NCBI RefSeq assembly: GCF_964204645.1
Contig: NC_134033.1
Span: 10,858,655-10,922,654 of the forward strand
Length of the DNA stretch: 64,000 bases
From: Tubulanus polymorphus
Lineage: Eukaryota > Animalia > Nemertea
Reading direction: 5' to 3'
Shown: one piece after another, positions 48,109 to 62,400 of the stretch
How the letters are laid out: each line of letters starts with the position of its first letter
Position numbering within the stretch: position 1 is the first letter of the stretch
Notes under the pieces: model-generated
Told to the model about the DNA's origin: nothing
The model's database searches: none
Seen by the model: only the letters and a program-made list of their open reading frames with translations
Position numbers and translations under genes: made by a program

Positions 48109-50095
48109 TTAACATGCAAATATGACATCAAGCCGTTTCATCACTGGCCAAGTGGTGCGCATAATTTCACTGTTTCCCCTTTGATCTTGCCTTTTGGAAG
48201 GAGTTGTATTTCAGTCGCTAGTGAAGCCGAAACCGTGTTTGCAGGAGCTGTGAGCTATAATTGTCTTCGAACTAAGATCATGTGAGTCGGACTGAAGGAA
48301 TTATGAAGGAAATCTATTAATTCCGTGTTGGAAATCTAAATCTGTGCAGGCCGATAGTTACGATATAGTTAATGAAATGACAACGATAGATATGAAAAAA
48401 AACTTGTTGGTTTGTGATTTGAATTTTTCACTACCGAATCGGAAGTTCGTTTTTTTTATTTGCCGCGTTGTTTTCTGTCATCTTTGAGAATGATTGATGG
48501 CTGGAAGGCGAGTTGTAACGGCTTTACGTCATTCTGATTGAATTTTATGCATCGCTTGAAGGAAACCTGTTATGCAATAGTAATAGAATGTACTTTTTTC
48601 GTGCTTTTTTCTTCGTTTAATGATTGGTTCTTTTGGTACATGCTGTTGATTTTGGGCTTAGCGATTATGGCATTCTAAATAGACTGGAACTAGGGGCAAA
48701 GTTTCTTAATATGGTTTGGTTTTTTTTCGATAATACCACTACTGCTCTTCTTGGCATTCGAGGGTCAAACACTCACCACCGTTCCCCACAAACGTCAACA
48801 AACCTCAAACCCTCCAAATTGAACCACTCAGCCATATTGTTCCCCACAACTTACATCTTTAACCACTCATCATCCATACCACTCATCATCCACACCACTC
48901 ATCATCCACACCACTCGGCCTCACTACACCACACACTGCCTTATATGAACAGGTATCCCAGAGAGTCCTATATGAATTCAAAAAAATAATTTAAAACAGT
49001 TCTTAGTAAATCTGTCAGCTTTATGAATTCATGGAATGATCCTTACTGCAGGGACTAACTTCCTGTAAATGATAAGACATTTTTCACCAGTATATTCTTC
49101 TCTGGTCATTCGTAATTATTAGAATTGACAGACAGTTCATCTGTCTGTTCATATTACCATGGTTACTCATGGTTGACCTTGATTCACCAAAGCTCAAATG
49201 ATTGGTTAAACCCCCACAATGAGAATTCTGCAAAATAGATTTTCTAACAGCCATTTTGTGAAAGCTGATTGTTTTTACTTTAGATTTAAAAGAGAAAGGT
49301 ACATAATTCACTAGCAGACAGAACAGTCTGCGTATCGGGTTTCATCGTGTACATTCACAATAACTACTTTTTTAGAACCAGGGCTGATTTACCCGAGTTC
49401 AGCCTGGGGAATTTTACATTTTTCAGTCTTCACAGTAAGTATATGTAGCTGCACCTATGATCCAGGGGCCAATTTTATCGGCTGATTTCAACTGAACCCT
49501 TTACTTTTGACTTCCTTAAGTTTTAAGTTGATAATTAATGATTTATTAAATTCTGTTTGATTGCAAAGTGAGTGTTATTTAGTAATCTTTCATATCTTAT
49601 ATTCATATTTCTTGTTCAAACTAAAAAAAATTCATAATTTGAAATCAAAAGTACTTGCGACCTTTTTAAAGTGCAATCTTAACAGTTGAGTTCTTGTAGA
49701 GTCCTTATATTTTTATTGGTCTCTGCATGTACTAACTGTTCTACTCCAGGAATCACATGGAAAAATTAGGGAAAACTCGGGTAATTTTTAAATGGGCAGA
49801 AAGTGGTTGTCCTGATTATTTGAGTTAACTCGTGGTTTTGAGATTAATGTCTATAAAACTTATCCCTCCCCCCCCCTATTCAGTTAACAAATAAGATGAA
49901 AATGTGCGTATGGAAGATAGAAAAGGTTCCCAGGTGATGCTGTTTTTATGGCGCAGAATGTAATGCTTTACCCATGTTAATGAGCGGAACTGCCTTCATA
50001 AGCTTGGACTTTCTTCGAACCCGGAATCCCCCCTTAGTTACGGGCCTGATGTGATCTTGGAATTCACTCAGTCGCTCCTATGGGGCACTGTGGTC

Positions 50096-50175
50096 GGGCA
50101 GCAGTGGCTCCTTGGATGACTCGGGGAGCAGTAGCTCCTTGGATGACTCGGGGAGCGGTGGCTCCTTGGATGACA
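50096..50175. repeat. 27-bp tandem repeat x3 (GGGGAGCAGTAGCTCCTTGGATGACTC)
   Basis: Direct repeats; each unit has a small GGAGC..GCTCC hairpin. Confidence 0.8.
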
Positions 50176-51102
50176 CGGACATCGAATCTGTCTGATACGA
50201 GTCAGTCAGTAAAAACATTGCATCGCATCGAGCTGTAGTCTGAAGCAAGGTTGATAAATGATGAAATAATGTTAATTACATCTCTTTCTCTTACTCCCAG
50301 ACGACCTAGCTCGGCGTGACCTTTCGTGAAGGTTGCCGTCGGAATAAAACCGAGGCCACAGCTAGTCAATTCCGTGATTTCAGCTTTGACTCGTTATTTG
50401 CTTTGTAACAATTTCTTTAACGGTAGCGCTATTTGAGGGATGACATTTTTTAACGTCCAGGTTATATGTTTTACTACGATGCAAGATATAATGATCTAGA
50501 TTAAGTTAGGCGGAAATCTATGATAATAATCCATGAATAAATTGAAAGACTAAACGATATATTGAAATTAAAACTCTACGCGACTTTAATCAAGATTAGA
50601 GCAAGATTTATGAGAAATTAGTTTCCTCTTTTGCCATATGCAAAAATAGCCGCGCGAAACGTAAAACAAATGTTTTGTTTCACTCGTCGAGAATCATCAT
50701 GAATCTTACTTTGGTGGAGTACCTGACGGCGATCACGTTACCAGTATACTGCTAGGCAAACCGGTTTACCACTCTACTCGTCAGCACGGGCAGACGCACG
50801 GCTGCTGCTCATGAATAAATGAAAAATGTATATTAGCGTTGACCAGGGACCGTGGAGCTGTACTGGAAAAAAAGTATTACCAACAGTAGCTGTCGTATGA
50901 GGTCTATAAGATAATATGTGAGAAAGTTTCAAAGTTGTGTTAACTGGTTACAGTGCAATTGTTCTTTCCATAATAATTGTCACTGTTTGTCCATGAAAAT
51001 GGTTTACCGTCTATACAGATATTTCAGTAGCTGAAATGGTAAATCACGGTGGAATGATCAGAAATATAAAACTGGTCATTCCAAAGGGCATTTCTGTAAA
51101 GA

Positions 51103-51200
51103 GGTGTTGTGGCTGAGTGGGTTAAGCCGCAAGTCTCAGGTCTCGTCAATTCAGGGTTTATGGTTTCAAATCCTGGTGGCGACTGAGTTTCTTGGTCAAA
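51103..51200 (+). mobile_element. tRNA-derived SINE head or tRNA pseudogene
   Basis: Pol III A box TGGCTGAGTGGGTTAAG and B-box-like GGTTTCAAATCC at tRNA-like spacing; no clean cloverleaf. Confidence 0.6.
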
Positions 51201-54200
51201 GATTCTTCTCTGGTCACTCAGTGGGTGGAGCGAGTTTTAGAAAAAATATTCAGTAAATTTTTCAAACAAGAATTCAGATTTTCATCATTTTTTTCCTGCA
51301 GGATTCAGTTGATTTTTCGCGTTGATTGCTGGCTGCTGTGTGGGATGTTTTGTATATACGACGCACCTAACTACCAGCTCACAAATCACCTGTCATTTCA
51401 AGAATATACGATGGAGTATTTGTCTAGAATTAGCCGTGTTCTATAATCTCGTCGCGTCTCTGGTATATCCACGACAAACGAGTACCACTTATGTGCACTT
51501 TTTCTGATGCACTCAATTTTATGTTTCATCATCAATATCTTTCTGCCATTTTGCCGGCGAAAGCAATTTTTTTACTGGAGAGACATTTTTTCATTGGTAT
51601 TTTCGCTGTTTTTCTGTTTCTGATTTTCAGTTAGCCCTCGTTATATAGCATTTCATATATGTTACTCGTGGCATAATTCTATTGTGTACTGATCCACAAT
51701 CTTAGATCATACTCAGTGCTGGGCTCCAAAACTTAACCGAGGCTGGTGGACAATTTTCCCATCTTTTAGTGAGGATTTTTTGATTTGTTTGCCGTAGATT
51801 TACTCGAAGCCGTTGCGCGGAGCTTTTTTGTCACGTCGCATTTTTATGGGAAAATAATTTCGTTGAAACAGACATATTTCATGATTATCGTTTCGTTATC
51901 TTGTCAAGGTCAATAGCTATCAGCCGGCTGATTCCTACAGGACTGGCTATTAGCACCTTTTATTGCCGTGTACGAACTCCATGAGATGTGGAACATTATT
52001 TATACCCTCGCATTAGTCGTACTGATGCTGGGTAGACGGAAATAGAAGGCGTTCGTCGCGGCTTTCAGGATTTGATATCACATTTAGATCACCCATCCCT
52101 GCTTCTTTATTTGAAGGAATTCCTTAGGGTTAGAACAGCAAGAAATAAACCAGCGACGAGAACTAGACAGTTTGCTGGTTCGGTGGTCCAAAACTGGAAA
52201 CGTGGTTTACTGAAAGTATGGTGTCGGTTGTTGTGATGGTCAGTGTAGGCACGTAATAACCAATCAGCATCAGCATACAGATGACGTGACTGATGACAAA
52301 ATGGCTGACCTTTGTGTTGTCGGTTTGCTACGGCAAAACAAGTGATAGTTAACCACAAATTGGTTTCAGTTTTCCGGTTTTGTCTTGCTCTTGCTCCTTA
52401 CCAGGATTTCATCAACTATTCAAAGCTGTTTAAATTTTATCATGATTAATGAAAGTTTAAATCTACAGATCTCATTCAAACATCACAACCCCAGAAAATC
52501 TCTTGATACTCGGCGATAAATTTGAATAAGACGACCGGTATTTTTTTAGGCCACGGCGACTAGACCAACTTCAGCGTTCATGGGTTAGATCTCCACCTAC
52601 TAAAAGTGATTAATTCAAGGGGAGGGGGCGGGTGAGTTGTTCACCAGATGAAATTGAGTGCGCCTGGGGATCGTGTATTCTCTTGTCTAGTCCTTGCACT
52701 GTGCGTTGATTAAAAAATGCTGTTAATGTCGACGTCAATTAGGGCTCCATTAATGAAATTATTTGCCGCCATTAACGCTCCATGATTATTGATTCGTTTG
52801 TCATTTAGTATCGAGGATACGCACCTATATTCATTCGATCCATAACCAACCGGAAAAAAGATGGCTGACTAATGTCGCGTGATGACATCATCAAATTTCA
52901 CGTTCCTACCTAATCAGTAACAGATTAGCAGCCGTTTATCTCAAAATGTTTTCGTCTCCTAACTTTGTTAAAAATTTGACTTATATTACAGGGAAATTAT
53001 GTTTATATTGAATATTGCTGAATTGATATTTTGATATTTTTGTCACTTGTATCGATACTTTCAATGCTAATTATCGTCCGGAGTTGATGTTATGTTATAA
53101 ATATATCTGTAACATGCAGTAGAGAATTTGCTGCGTCGGATGATGATATGCTAAAGATGGTTATGAAAGTTAGAGTTGATCGATGAGATATGCATTAGTT
53201 TTTTGTTTTGAGTGTCAAGCAACAGGTTTCATACTGAGTCTTCATCGTTTATTTGATACATTAGTCATTTCTTTCAGGCAATGAACTCCTCCAAGGTCAT
53301 GCGATCCACTTGACAGACGGACAGTCAGACGTGTAGGTGTTTATATCAACTAAATCCCTTTCTGGTTACTTCCTGCATACAAAATACCGGCAGGCTGGAG
53401 AAGGTTTGTTCCATTCTATATTTCTTCTGATAACTGATTTGAGCCATAATGTAAAATTCCTGCCAACACCAAAACATGGAAAAACAAAGTATGAATATTC
53501 TTTGATAATAATAAGAAATTATTTGTTTTAGTGAACAAAAACTGATTATTTTAAGAAGATTTTACCTTTTTTGGTGCCAAAGCATAAGATCTTTGTTTTA
53601 GTGTGCCAAAATGGATTTTATTAGAGGATTTGGCTTTTTTGGTGTTCTGGTATTTAATGTCCTCATTTCATTTGCATGTCGGGAATTTAAACCAGTAACT
53701 ATAGAAACCTAATGAATTAAAGAGAGTACAGGAAATAAGTTTTGGCTATTGTTTTCCTCAGAATTTGCTGAACCTTCGTATTTTGATACACTTTTGGAGC
53801 CAGTTGTTGAAATGTTTACCGTAAGCTGGTATTTGACACAGGGATGGATACACTAGGTGATTTATATCGCTTAGTGTATCCATGTGTCTGTGTCTGCAAA
53901 TTCGTGCTAACGATCAAGATACCTGAGCCTGCAAACCAAACTTACTGATACCTGGTATCAGGCATGTTTGGATAAATATGCTGACAATTCCAAACATACT
54001 TCTAGATATCTAGTGTGTCTGCGCCAGATCCATCTGGATGCAATCAACTTTTTGATCTTAAAGAAATAGGGATTGTCCCTCTGATTTATTGGATTGGATT
54101 TGGTGTCCCTTACTATTAACCTATCACACCTGCCGGGAGCGAAACAGAACGGTGGGACGTTCTGAACTTTTACCAGCTCCAGATACAATCCGAGCATTTG

Positions 54201-54326
54201 TGTTTGATTTTAAATTCAAATATAAATTTCCACACATTGGAAATAAGAGGATCATATTTATATTGGAGCTCTGTTCATCCACGAGTACGGCTCAGTAGGT
54301 GCGATCCACCCTCGGTGAATCATTAG

Positions 54327-54465
54327 GGAAATTTCTAGAACTAGGAGTGGATTCTTCGCGGAAATTGCATCGTTTGTTGTCAGCGGACGTTTCAAGAAAT
54401 ATCAAGTCGAATTGGTCACGTGATCAGTCATGTGACTGAATCGGTCACGTGATCGGTCACGTGAC
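54327..54465. promoter_or_regulatory. Heat-shock element plus four CLEAR/E-box/M-box motifs
   Basis: GAA-AT-TTC-TA-GAA at 54328-40; GTCACGTGAT 54415, GTCATGTGAC 54427, GTCACGTGAT 54444, GTCACGTGAC 54456. Confidence 0.6.
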
Positions 54466-55169
54466 TGATACCAGTTCTCAACCGCTAGAAAAACTGCCTA
54501 ATGTGTTGAGTACGTCGTCTCACAAGTGGCAATATTCAGAATCAGGGTGATCCGCAACAATACACCTCAACATCCCCCCTGGCCCCCCGGCTTATGTGTA
54601 CAGAACAAGGCCGGTTGCTGAAAGCTTGAAATAGTTGCGCGTTTATAAATATTTTACCTCACAAAACGCAGGTAAATTGATCTCCACTCGACTGAATATT
54701 GAGTATGAAAAATTAAACCTTTTGTCGGCGTGACAAAAAGACAAATGATAGAATCGTTTGTAATACTGCATATTTCCGGCGTGCGACCGGTGAGGCTGTC
54801 GTCGTCCCCGGGGGTGATTGGATGCCGTGTTCGGTTGCCGTTATCGCAACGATACACATCACCTGTCCGGTGGTTAATGGTCCGATCGCGGCCATTAACT
54901 GACAAACTGCGTTCTTCCGTCCTCTCTCTATACGCCGTGACTAATACAAAAAATATCCGGCACGTTTCTCAGCAGCGCGTTGCGTCTAGTCAAACTAGGA
55001 CTGACCATCAGCGTTACAGCCTGTTTCACTAAGTTAATAAGGGTTCATTTTAATTGCGCAAAGTGAAAGTTAGCAACTCCAGCGTATCTAACCATTTGCC
55101 AAATATCTATAGTGAAAATTGCCCCCGGAATTGTAAGGGACCATTCTGAATAATTTGACTGCTGCTATA

Positions 55170-55507
55170 AGGGGTTACCTTATGATACTGGTATGCAGGG
55201 GTTACCTTACGATACTCGTGTGTAGGGGTTACCTTACGATACCGGTATGCAGGGGTTACCTTACGATACCAGTGTGCAGGGGTTACCTTACGATACCTGT
55301 GTGCAGGGGTTACCTTACGATACCTGTGTGCAGGGGTTACCTTTCGATACCGGTGTGCAGGGGTTACCTTACGATACCTGTGTGCATGGGTTACCTTACG
55401 ATACCTGTGTGCAGGGGTTACCTTTCGATACCGGTGTGCAGGGGTTACCTTGCGATACCCGTGTGCAGGGGTTACCTTACGATACTGGTGTGCAGGGGTT
55501 ACCTTAC
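55170..55507. repeat. 27-bp minisatellite, ~12.5 copies (GTGCAGGGGTTACCTTACGATACCTGT)
   Basis: Direct tandem repeats; explains the 9-aa periodic ORFs. Confidence 0.95.
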
Positions 55508-56211
55508 ACACAAGTGTCTAGACAACGAGTGACATCACTCACTGTCACTGGAATAATCTTCAAATTACCGCTGGCGACCTGAGTCTCGGAATTAACTCAG
55601 CAGCAGCAACAAACCGCGCCCGTAGTTATTGTTACCGATCCGAAGACAAATGAGTCGTCTACGAGGTCTACGATCATACGATCGTTTAACGCCGATTGCG
55701 TCATCAATCTTTTGCTCGGTTCGGAATTTGTTCTAATCTGATTGGAACCGACGATCGGCAGCCGAACGGATGGTGGATGACGCGTTTCTTTACCCGCGTG
55801 ATTTGTAGTCGGTCTACTCGTCCTAATTGTAATGGGTTATTTATGTGTAGGGTGGACGAGCAACGATGCGCGAATAACCGGCAGGAAAATCATTTCGTCA
55901 TTGGATAATGGCCGCCGGTCAGTAACCGTCGGTAACCGTCTGCTCGTCGTCAATAACGTCGCCACTGACGACGACGTGCGGTCAATAGTTTTGATAGTAT
56001 TAAGACAAACTGCGGAACCTCGGGGGTTTCTTTATGTCGCCAGAAGACAAATTTGTAGAGGATTAATCAAAATGAATGAATGCAAATAATTTTTAAGCTG
56101 GAAGCTTTGTACAACTCAGCTCGGTACTTACCCCTACCTTATCCAAATTTGATAAATCATAATTGATAATTGGTTCTCAGGTTTCCGTGAGACCAAAAAT
56201 ACATAAATGTA

Positions 56212-56480
56212 TTTTTGGTGAGACCCATACTCTCATACAGTCCATCGGTGTGTATCTGTCTGTCGGTATGACTGTCTGTCTGTCTGTCGGTCGGTCGGTC
56301 TGTCTGTCAGCCGGTCGGTCTGTCTGTTGGTCTGTCTATCTTGATGAAATTTGGGTACAATGTTAGTATGGGGGTTGTGCAGTGCAAAGAATAGGCGCCA
56401 CCTCGCGGCAGAACTATGCACTAAAGAATGTTTTTTCGGTGACAACCTTACAGATGACCTCATGACTGAGGGCTCGGTAA
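56212..56480 (+). mobile_element. Helentron-associated/DINE-1-like non-autonomous element with a (CTGT/CGGT)n microsatellite
   Basis: T-rich start, tetranucleotide microsatellite 56255-56338, followed by TTGATGAAATTTGG; boundaries uncertain. Confidence 0.5.
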
Positions 56481-59400
56481 AAATTCAAAAACTGTTTTGC
56501 CAAAATTTAGCTGTTGGCCCTAGATGCAACACATCCAAAATGAAATGGGAACTAACGCATGGTTATTTCAGAGTTCAAGCCTGAGCCCAAGAATAGTTTT
56601 CAATTCTAGGGCTCCGAGAATTTCCAAATCATCGTTGACATGAATGGGTGGCTCCGGGTAAAGCTTAGAATACGACATCTGTCATGGAATCTCTTTCAAA
56701 CAACAGAAAAATCATTGTTTCTAGGTTTGTTTTTAATAGGATCGACTTATATGAATTTCGGACAATTTTGACGAATTATGTCAATCCTATTAAACTTTGA
56801 ATGGTTTTGAAAATGAATCTCATTGCAATAATATTATTGTTCTCTTATTGTCTCTGCATTTGTATGCGTATTCGTACGCATCGTGGGTGGGGGGAGGGGG
56901 TTGGCGGCTGTTTGGGGTGAGGGGTTGGGGGTATGATGCGTCACCTGTTAATCAGGTACTGCTGCATCTGACATCATTATGTACCAGTCACATTGTTATC
57001 GTATGTTGTGTGTTGACTAACGCAGTCAATGATGCTGATGACTAGTTCTTAGTTCATCTAGTGAGATGCATTGTCATTGTTTTTTTTTTTAAATCGATTG
57101 TTGCTGCTGTGAGTAACTTTCCTCTCTTTTTCATCACGGTTTGCACTGAAAAACCTTAATACTACAGATTTATAACAATACAGGAATTATTTTAGGGAGG
57201 TTGTGGGGAGAATGAGCTGTCCAATGATATTGATGTGAACGCAATCACAAGTTTGAGGTTCACTGACTGTTCAGCATTCAAATATTGGTCTCTCATCAAT
57301 CCAGGGTTCATTGGTTTGAATCTTGGTGTTAGTAGTCAGTCATCATTCAGTCTTTCACATTCTGGTCTCATGTATTTGGGATTCATGGGTCGCATTCTTG
57401 TGTTAGCAGTCAGTCAATTTTTCACGAATTTACTCGGCCAGTTTTACAGCTGGTTGAAGGATAAAAAATTAGTTTCAAAAAAAATATTCTCATCTTTTTA
57501 ATCCAGATTTCATTGGTTTGAATCTGTGGCATCAAAGATAGTTCTCTGAGGGGTAGTGGTGATCACATTTTAACCAGTTGAAGACGCTGATTATGATTCC
57601 CATTGGACCGGACAGCATCGCTTTGTGAATCTCATCAAAAACGGCTAAAATATTTTCATACCCCTGGCTAGACGAGCAAAGCCTGAGATTAATGTTCTAC
57701 TAATTCTGCGGATAGAGCTAAAAAAGCTCGAGATTATTTTTGAGGGCGGTATATCATCTTCAGAGTTCACTTTGTTTTTCCATGTAAAACACTGAAACAG
57801 TTAAAGACCAACCGACATCTCGAGGATTGGTTTCCTCCAAATGAGAAAAAATTCACACACTTCTTGCTGTTTTGTTATATGTGTGATAAGAATAAATACA
57901 TGCAGACTAACAGACATTCAGTTTGTAACTAGGCATTCTTTCTATCAGCACTAGGGTTGATATTGGTAGGTATTGATGCCCGATGAAATACAACAAATAA
58001 GAGGATCACAAAAAGATATTGTTGGCTGTAAAATGAGAGGGTGCCCTGAATGATGTTATTTCGGCGTTCATGAAGGAATAGTATTTCGATTCAGAACTCT
58101 TTTTCTGGTCTGGTTGCCGATTGAGTTCAGGCTAAGAATTAGGACGTTGTAGTGTATTTGCACCAGGCCCTGTTCGTGCAGTCAACAGACTGCTAGTTAG
58201 TTACTATTCTTGAGAGCTCAATTACTACTAAATATCGAAATAATCTCAATATCAGAATGATTTCTTGTTCCTTCCTTGTCAATCAAACTGTTATTTCCGA
58301 TGTCAGTAATTTATGCTGGAAACTTCTAAAAAGGGATACATTAGGTGAGTCTGGGTTTGAGTCAAGGAGCTTTAAAAAGCACTGTCTGAGATCATGATTT
58401 TGATTTTGTGGGATAATCTAACAATGTAACCGGTCTTAAGTTATTGCCGATTTGTTTTTCCTCTTGGTCGACTAATTTACAATTGGGCGGTAATAACAAA
58501 AATAACTTCTCAGCGGAATTAACACACCGAGGAACTGGCTGTGTTTGGCCGGTGCTGCATTCTCCCGTCTATGAAAAATGCAGGTGTCATGAGGTTTTTT
58601 CTCGTAGCTTCTCGTATTCCAACGTCCAATGAAATCATTCGGTAATGATACGCCACGCCGGTGATGTCATGTCTGCTGGAGGTTGTGCGGAGCCTAGAAC
58701 TAAGCAGACGATTTGTTCAAGTATCTCGTAACTAGAGACGACGTTCGGATAAATCCGTCGACAACATTCGGAATACGAACGAATTCCCGATTGATCCCAG
58801 ATACAACACGTTTAAAGGTAAAAATCAGGTGTTTTTATGTATTTTTGGAAGTAAAATTCGCAGTCGTATGAACTGAAGATCACTTTAAATGATGATAATG
58901 TATTTTATTGATCTGGCGCTGCTGTCAGCGTTGAGAGAGAGGCTCGTGAAGGGCTCGCTCGCTCAGCACTGTTTTATTGATTTTTTGCACCCCTGATAGC
59001 AGACGCTTTAGAGAGCTCTTTATATTCACGTATTTGCGACAACTTGCAAAAAGTTCACGAGTTTCAGGATTAACGGCTCCAATTATCAGCTGTTAATTGA
59101 AGGATTCACTAATGAGTCGAGTTATTAATGTAGGTTATAATCTTTTTGATGAGTTTGTGCACAGAAATACTTTACATTAAATATTACTGACACTTCACGT
59201 TATAGAAGGGAACATTACAGCTAATTTCGACTGACTTAAGTCTGAATTATGATGAAGTCCCAATTCTTGGTTTGATGAAACAGTTTAGGCTTTAGTGGTT
59301 TAGGCATCAGTGGTTTAGGCTTGTTATGGTGGTTTTGCCGAAATGGAATCCATCTGTCCAGCCAGGTGTTTACCTATATTTAGAGTGTGATCAATGTTTT

Positions 59401-62400
59401 TGAAAGTGTGCTGTTGAAATATCTTATGTCTGAATTGTATAGTAATTTGGTAATTCATTTTCTATTAGAAATGTCCAGGTCGAACATGTCTTGTCTGGAT
59501 ACATCACTTTTTGAAAGTGTGCAATGTCTGGTGTTTTTAGTTTATATATTCAATGATTGATGTCTCAGGTGATTTCCTGGATAATCATTATTTTCAATTA
59601 TGGTGATGAAGTATTGAAAGTCTGTGGGGGAGGATGATGGGTCAAGCGAGCATGCTTGACACGTACATTGAGTTACTTTATTAAAGTTACACATCTATTT
59701 GATTTCATTTGCCTTTGAGTGGTACTGAAGTACGGAACATTTAGACACAATAATTTTTGATTAGTAGGCCCAGTTTCACAAAAAGGTTTTAATCTTAAAT
59801 CGATTTAATTTCTTCATTAATTCAGTTTATCTTATTCGATTTAGGCCTTAATCCTTTTTGTGAAACCGGGCCCTGGGCTTACTCTACCAATTTTCTGATA
59901 TTTGTTGTCGAAGGTCAAGGTGACCTGTGACTGATTTGTCACGATGAAGTCACTAGAAATCAAGTTGTTTCCGGTTAGAATTTGTGTCATAATCCTGAGC
60001 TTAGCTCCGATATTAAAACACTTGCCAGTTATGAGTCGAAATCAGGCTGCGTTGAATAACAAAAAACCGGTTTTCCTTATGTTCGATGTCGACTAGAAAA
60101 ACAATGTATGCAAAATTAAGCTGATCGTGAAATTTATGGTCATGACATGTAAATTCCGAGGTAGATGTAGCTGGTATTAGAGTGACTGTGTTATTTACAT
60201 ATTTATGTGTCATGGCCTGGTGCTACAGTTTCTATCCCTGGTTCATATTTTAATATGAGCAAGAATTTTTTTTCAAATTGTGTTTAATACAAATTTTTTT
60301 GTATATGGTTTTTTGTGCGGGTATAAAACTAGCGTCATCTTTCGTCAATGCCTTTAAAAAATTTGAATTTTCATAAGTCCCTATTCGAATATGTTGCCAT
60401 TGCAAGTTTAGATTTTTCGAGAGTATTATAGCATTGGAATATAGCATTTCAAATTTTTGTTTTTCAAATATGGCAGCCGCAATAGAATTACTGCGTGATT
60501 TCGTGAATTTGTAAATCTCTTAAAAACATGAAACAGTAGACCTTAAGTTACTGGGCTTCCTGAAGAGCCCAGCACCTTAAAGAATGATACCATATTTCTC
60601 CTAATCGACTGGATTATTTTGTAAATTGCAATAAGATTTGTAATCGGTTCGTTTCTAAAACTGCTGGGTCTGTTGTTGTTGTTAGCTTGATCATGATTTT
60701 TAAAAAGGTAATGTACAGGGTAGATAGGGGGCCTGATCAACTTTAAAGCGCAACAGAAATGAAAAACAAGGTATCAATTTTTTTCAGCCTATATTCTGAG
60801 GAATGATTCTAGGGCTGCTTTTTCCAGTTCACGGATGTTCAGACACTGTATCCCGTAGTAATAATAGCTGGAAGACGTTGAACGTGTCTCGGCAACTTCA
60901 TACGGCTTTCTCTCTTTAAGAAAGGTGAAGGTCATTTTGAAATTCTAGACTGTATTTTTCAATCAGGATCCACAGCCCCTCGGGCGGGCGACTGTCTGAG
61001 CCAGTTGTACACATTCCTAGGATTGTGATTTCAGGCCATCTGTGGTCCGAATCGCGCCGTTATCAACACAGTGAAACTAGACACTTCAAAGTAAACCAGT
61101 GGCAGTGTCTGTAGCTATCAGAAAATATTAGATATAATAAACTATATAATATAACGAATTGTAGCTATACACATTGACTAGTTTAAAGTTTTGAAACTAA
61201 ATTTGGAGGTCAGTTGTATGCGGTCAAATCTTAGATTTAAGACCACTCGATCGGGGCCATTTACCAGACCTGACTACCACTCGATCGAGGCCATTAGACA
61301 ACCACTTATTAATTAAGAATAGTAACTTATCTTTTAAAATTTCGGTTACGACACTAAAAATACTCTCAAAATCAGAATAATTTATAGTTCAATTTACAAT
61401 TAAAAACTACAAAACTGTGGTGAAAACTACTACAAAGGTAGAGACACAGACGCGTCTGTATTTACATTCAAGAGTTACCGATAAGATAGATCAGACCAGT
61501 TTTAGATCTAAGATCATTTTCTGCCCAGAATTGGACGTTGATATTTTGGAACGACTTGTTTACGTACGAACAAAACGCGACCCGTAATTCTATCCATTTA
61601 GAAATGAATATAATAGAGATTTTTTGCTCATTGATGTCTGCATGCTTTATCTGCGGTAGCTATGAATTATCAATGCGATGACAACAAAGAATATATACTA
61701 CTCTATATACGGGGCGCCGCGAGACAATTCAAACAGGTTTTTTCTCCTGAAATGGTCCCCTACACCGGCAACCATTGATTACATATGTGTAATGCCTGTT
61801 CACATGACCTGAATTTTTTATCGGTGAAACAAACTGTGACTAGCGGTTGGCTGTCTGTGTTATACGCTGCTGCCGTCGTCGGCGTAGTAATTCGCGCAGA
61901 CGCAGACTGACGCATCGCGCGCTGTTGTCGTTCGTTCGCCTACTTTTACTATGCTTTAGCTTCGGTCGGGGAAATTCAGTGCGCATATCGCTTTTGAATG
62001 CCTTAGTGTTATATTAGGAACCGCGGCTGATGCTTTTTCAAAATACGCTTTCGTTGTTGAGATTTTTATACACGTGGACCTCGTCTAATCGACTTTGATA
62101 AGGTAAGAGAGAAAACGCTTTTTTTTTCATTCTGAATATTTCAATTCTTCGCAGTCGTCATCGAGTTTTTCTCGATGATCCGTCTCGGTCGTCTCGGCGC
62201 GATCTCGTCTCTGTCCGTAACTACGAGAGTCATTGGCGCAATCGTAGACGACTTCGGGTTGTCTGGCCGGTCTTAGAATTCTGAAATTGCGAGGTTCATT
62301 GGCCTGAACCTTTTTTCGCTCATAATTTATCAGTAAAATCAGCTACCGAATCTTGTCTGTCATTATTATTAGTTTGATCTCATATTTTTCGTACATTGAG

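Noticed and set aside
51103-51185. Functional tRNA gene
   Set aside because: No consistent acceptor or anticodon stems and no oligo-T terminator; treated as a SINE head.
55107-55582. Periodic ORFs (YRKVTPAHR etc.)
   Set aside because: A 27-bp minisatellite open in several frames on both strands; no splice or domain support.
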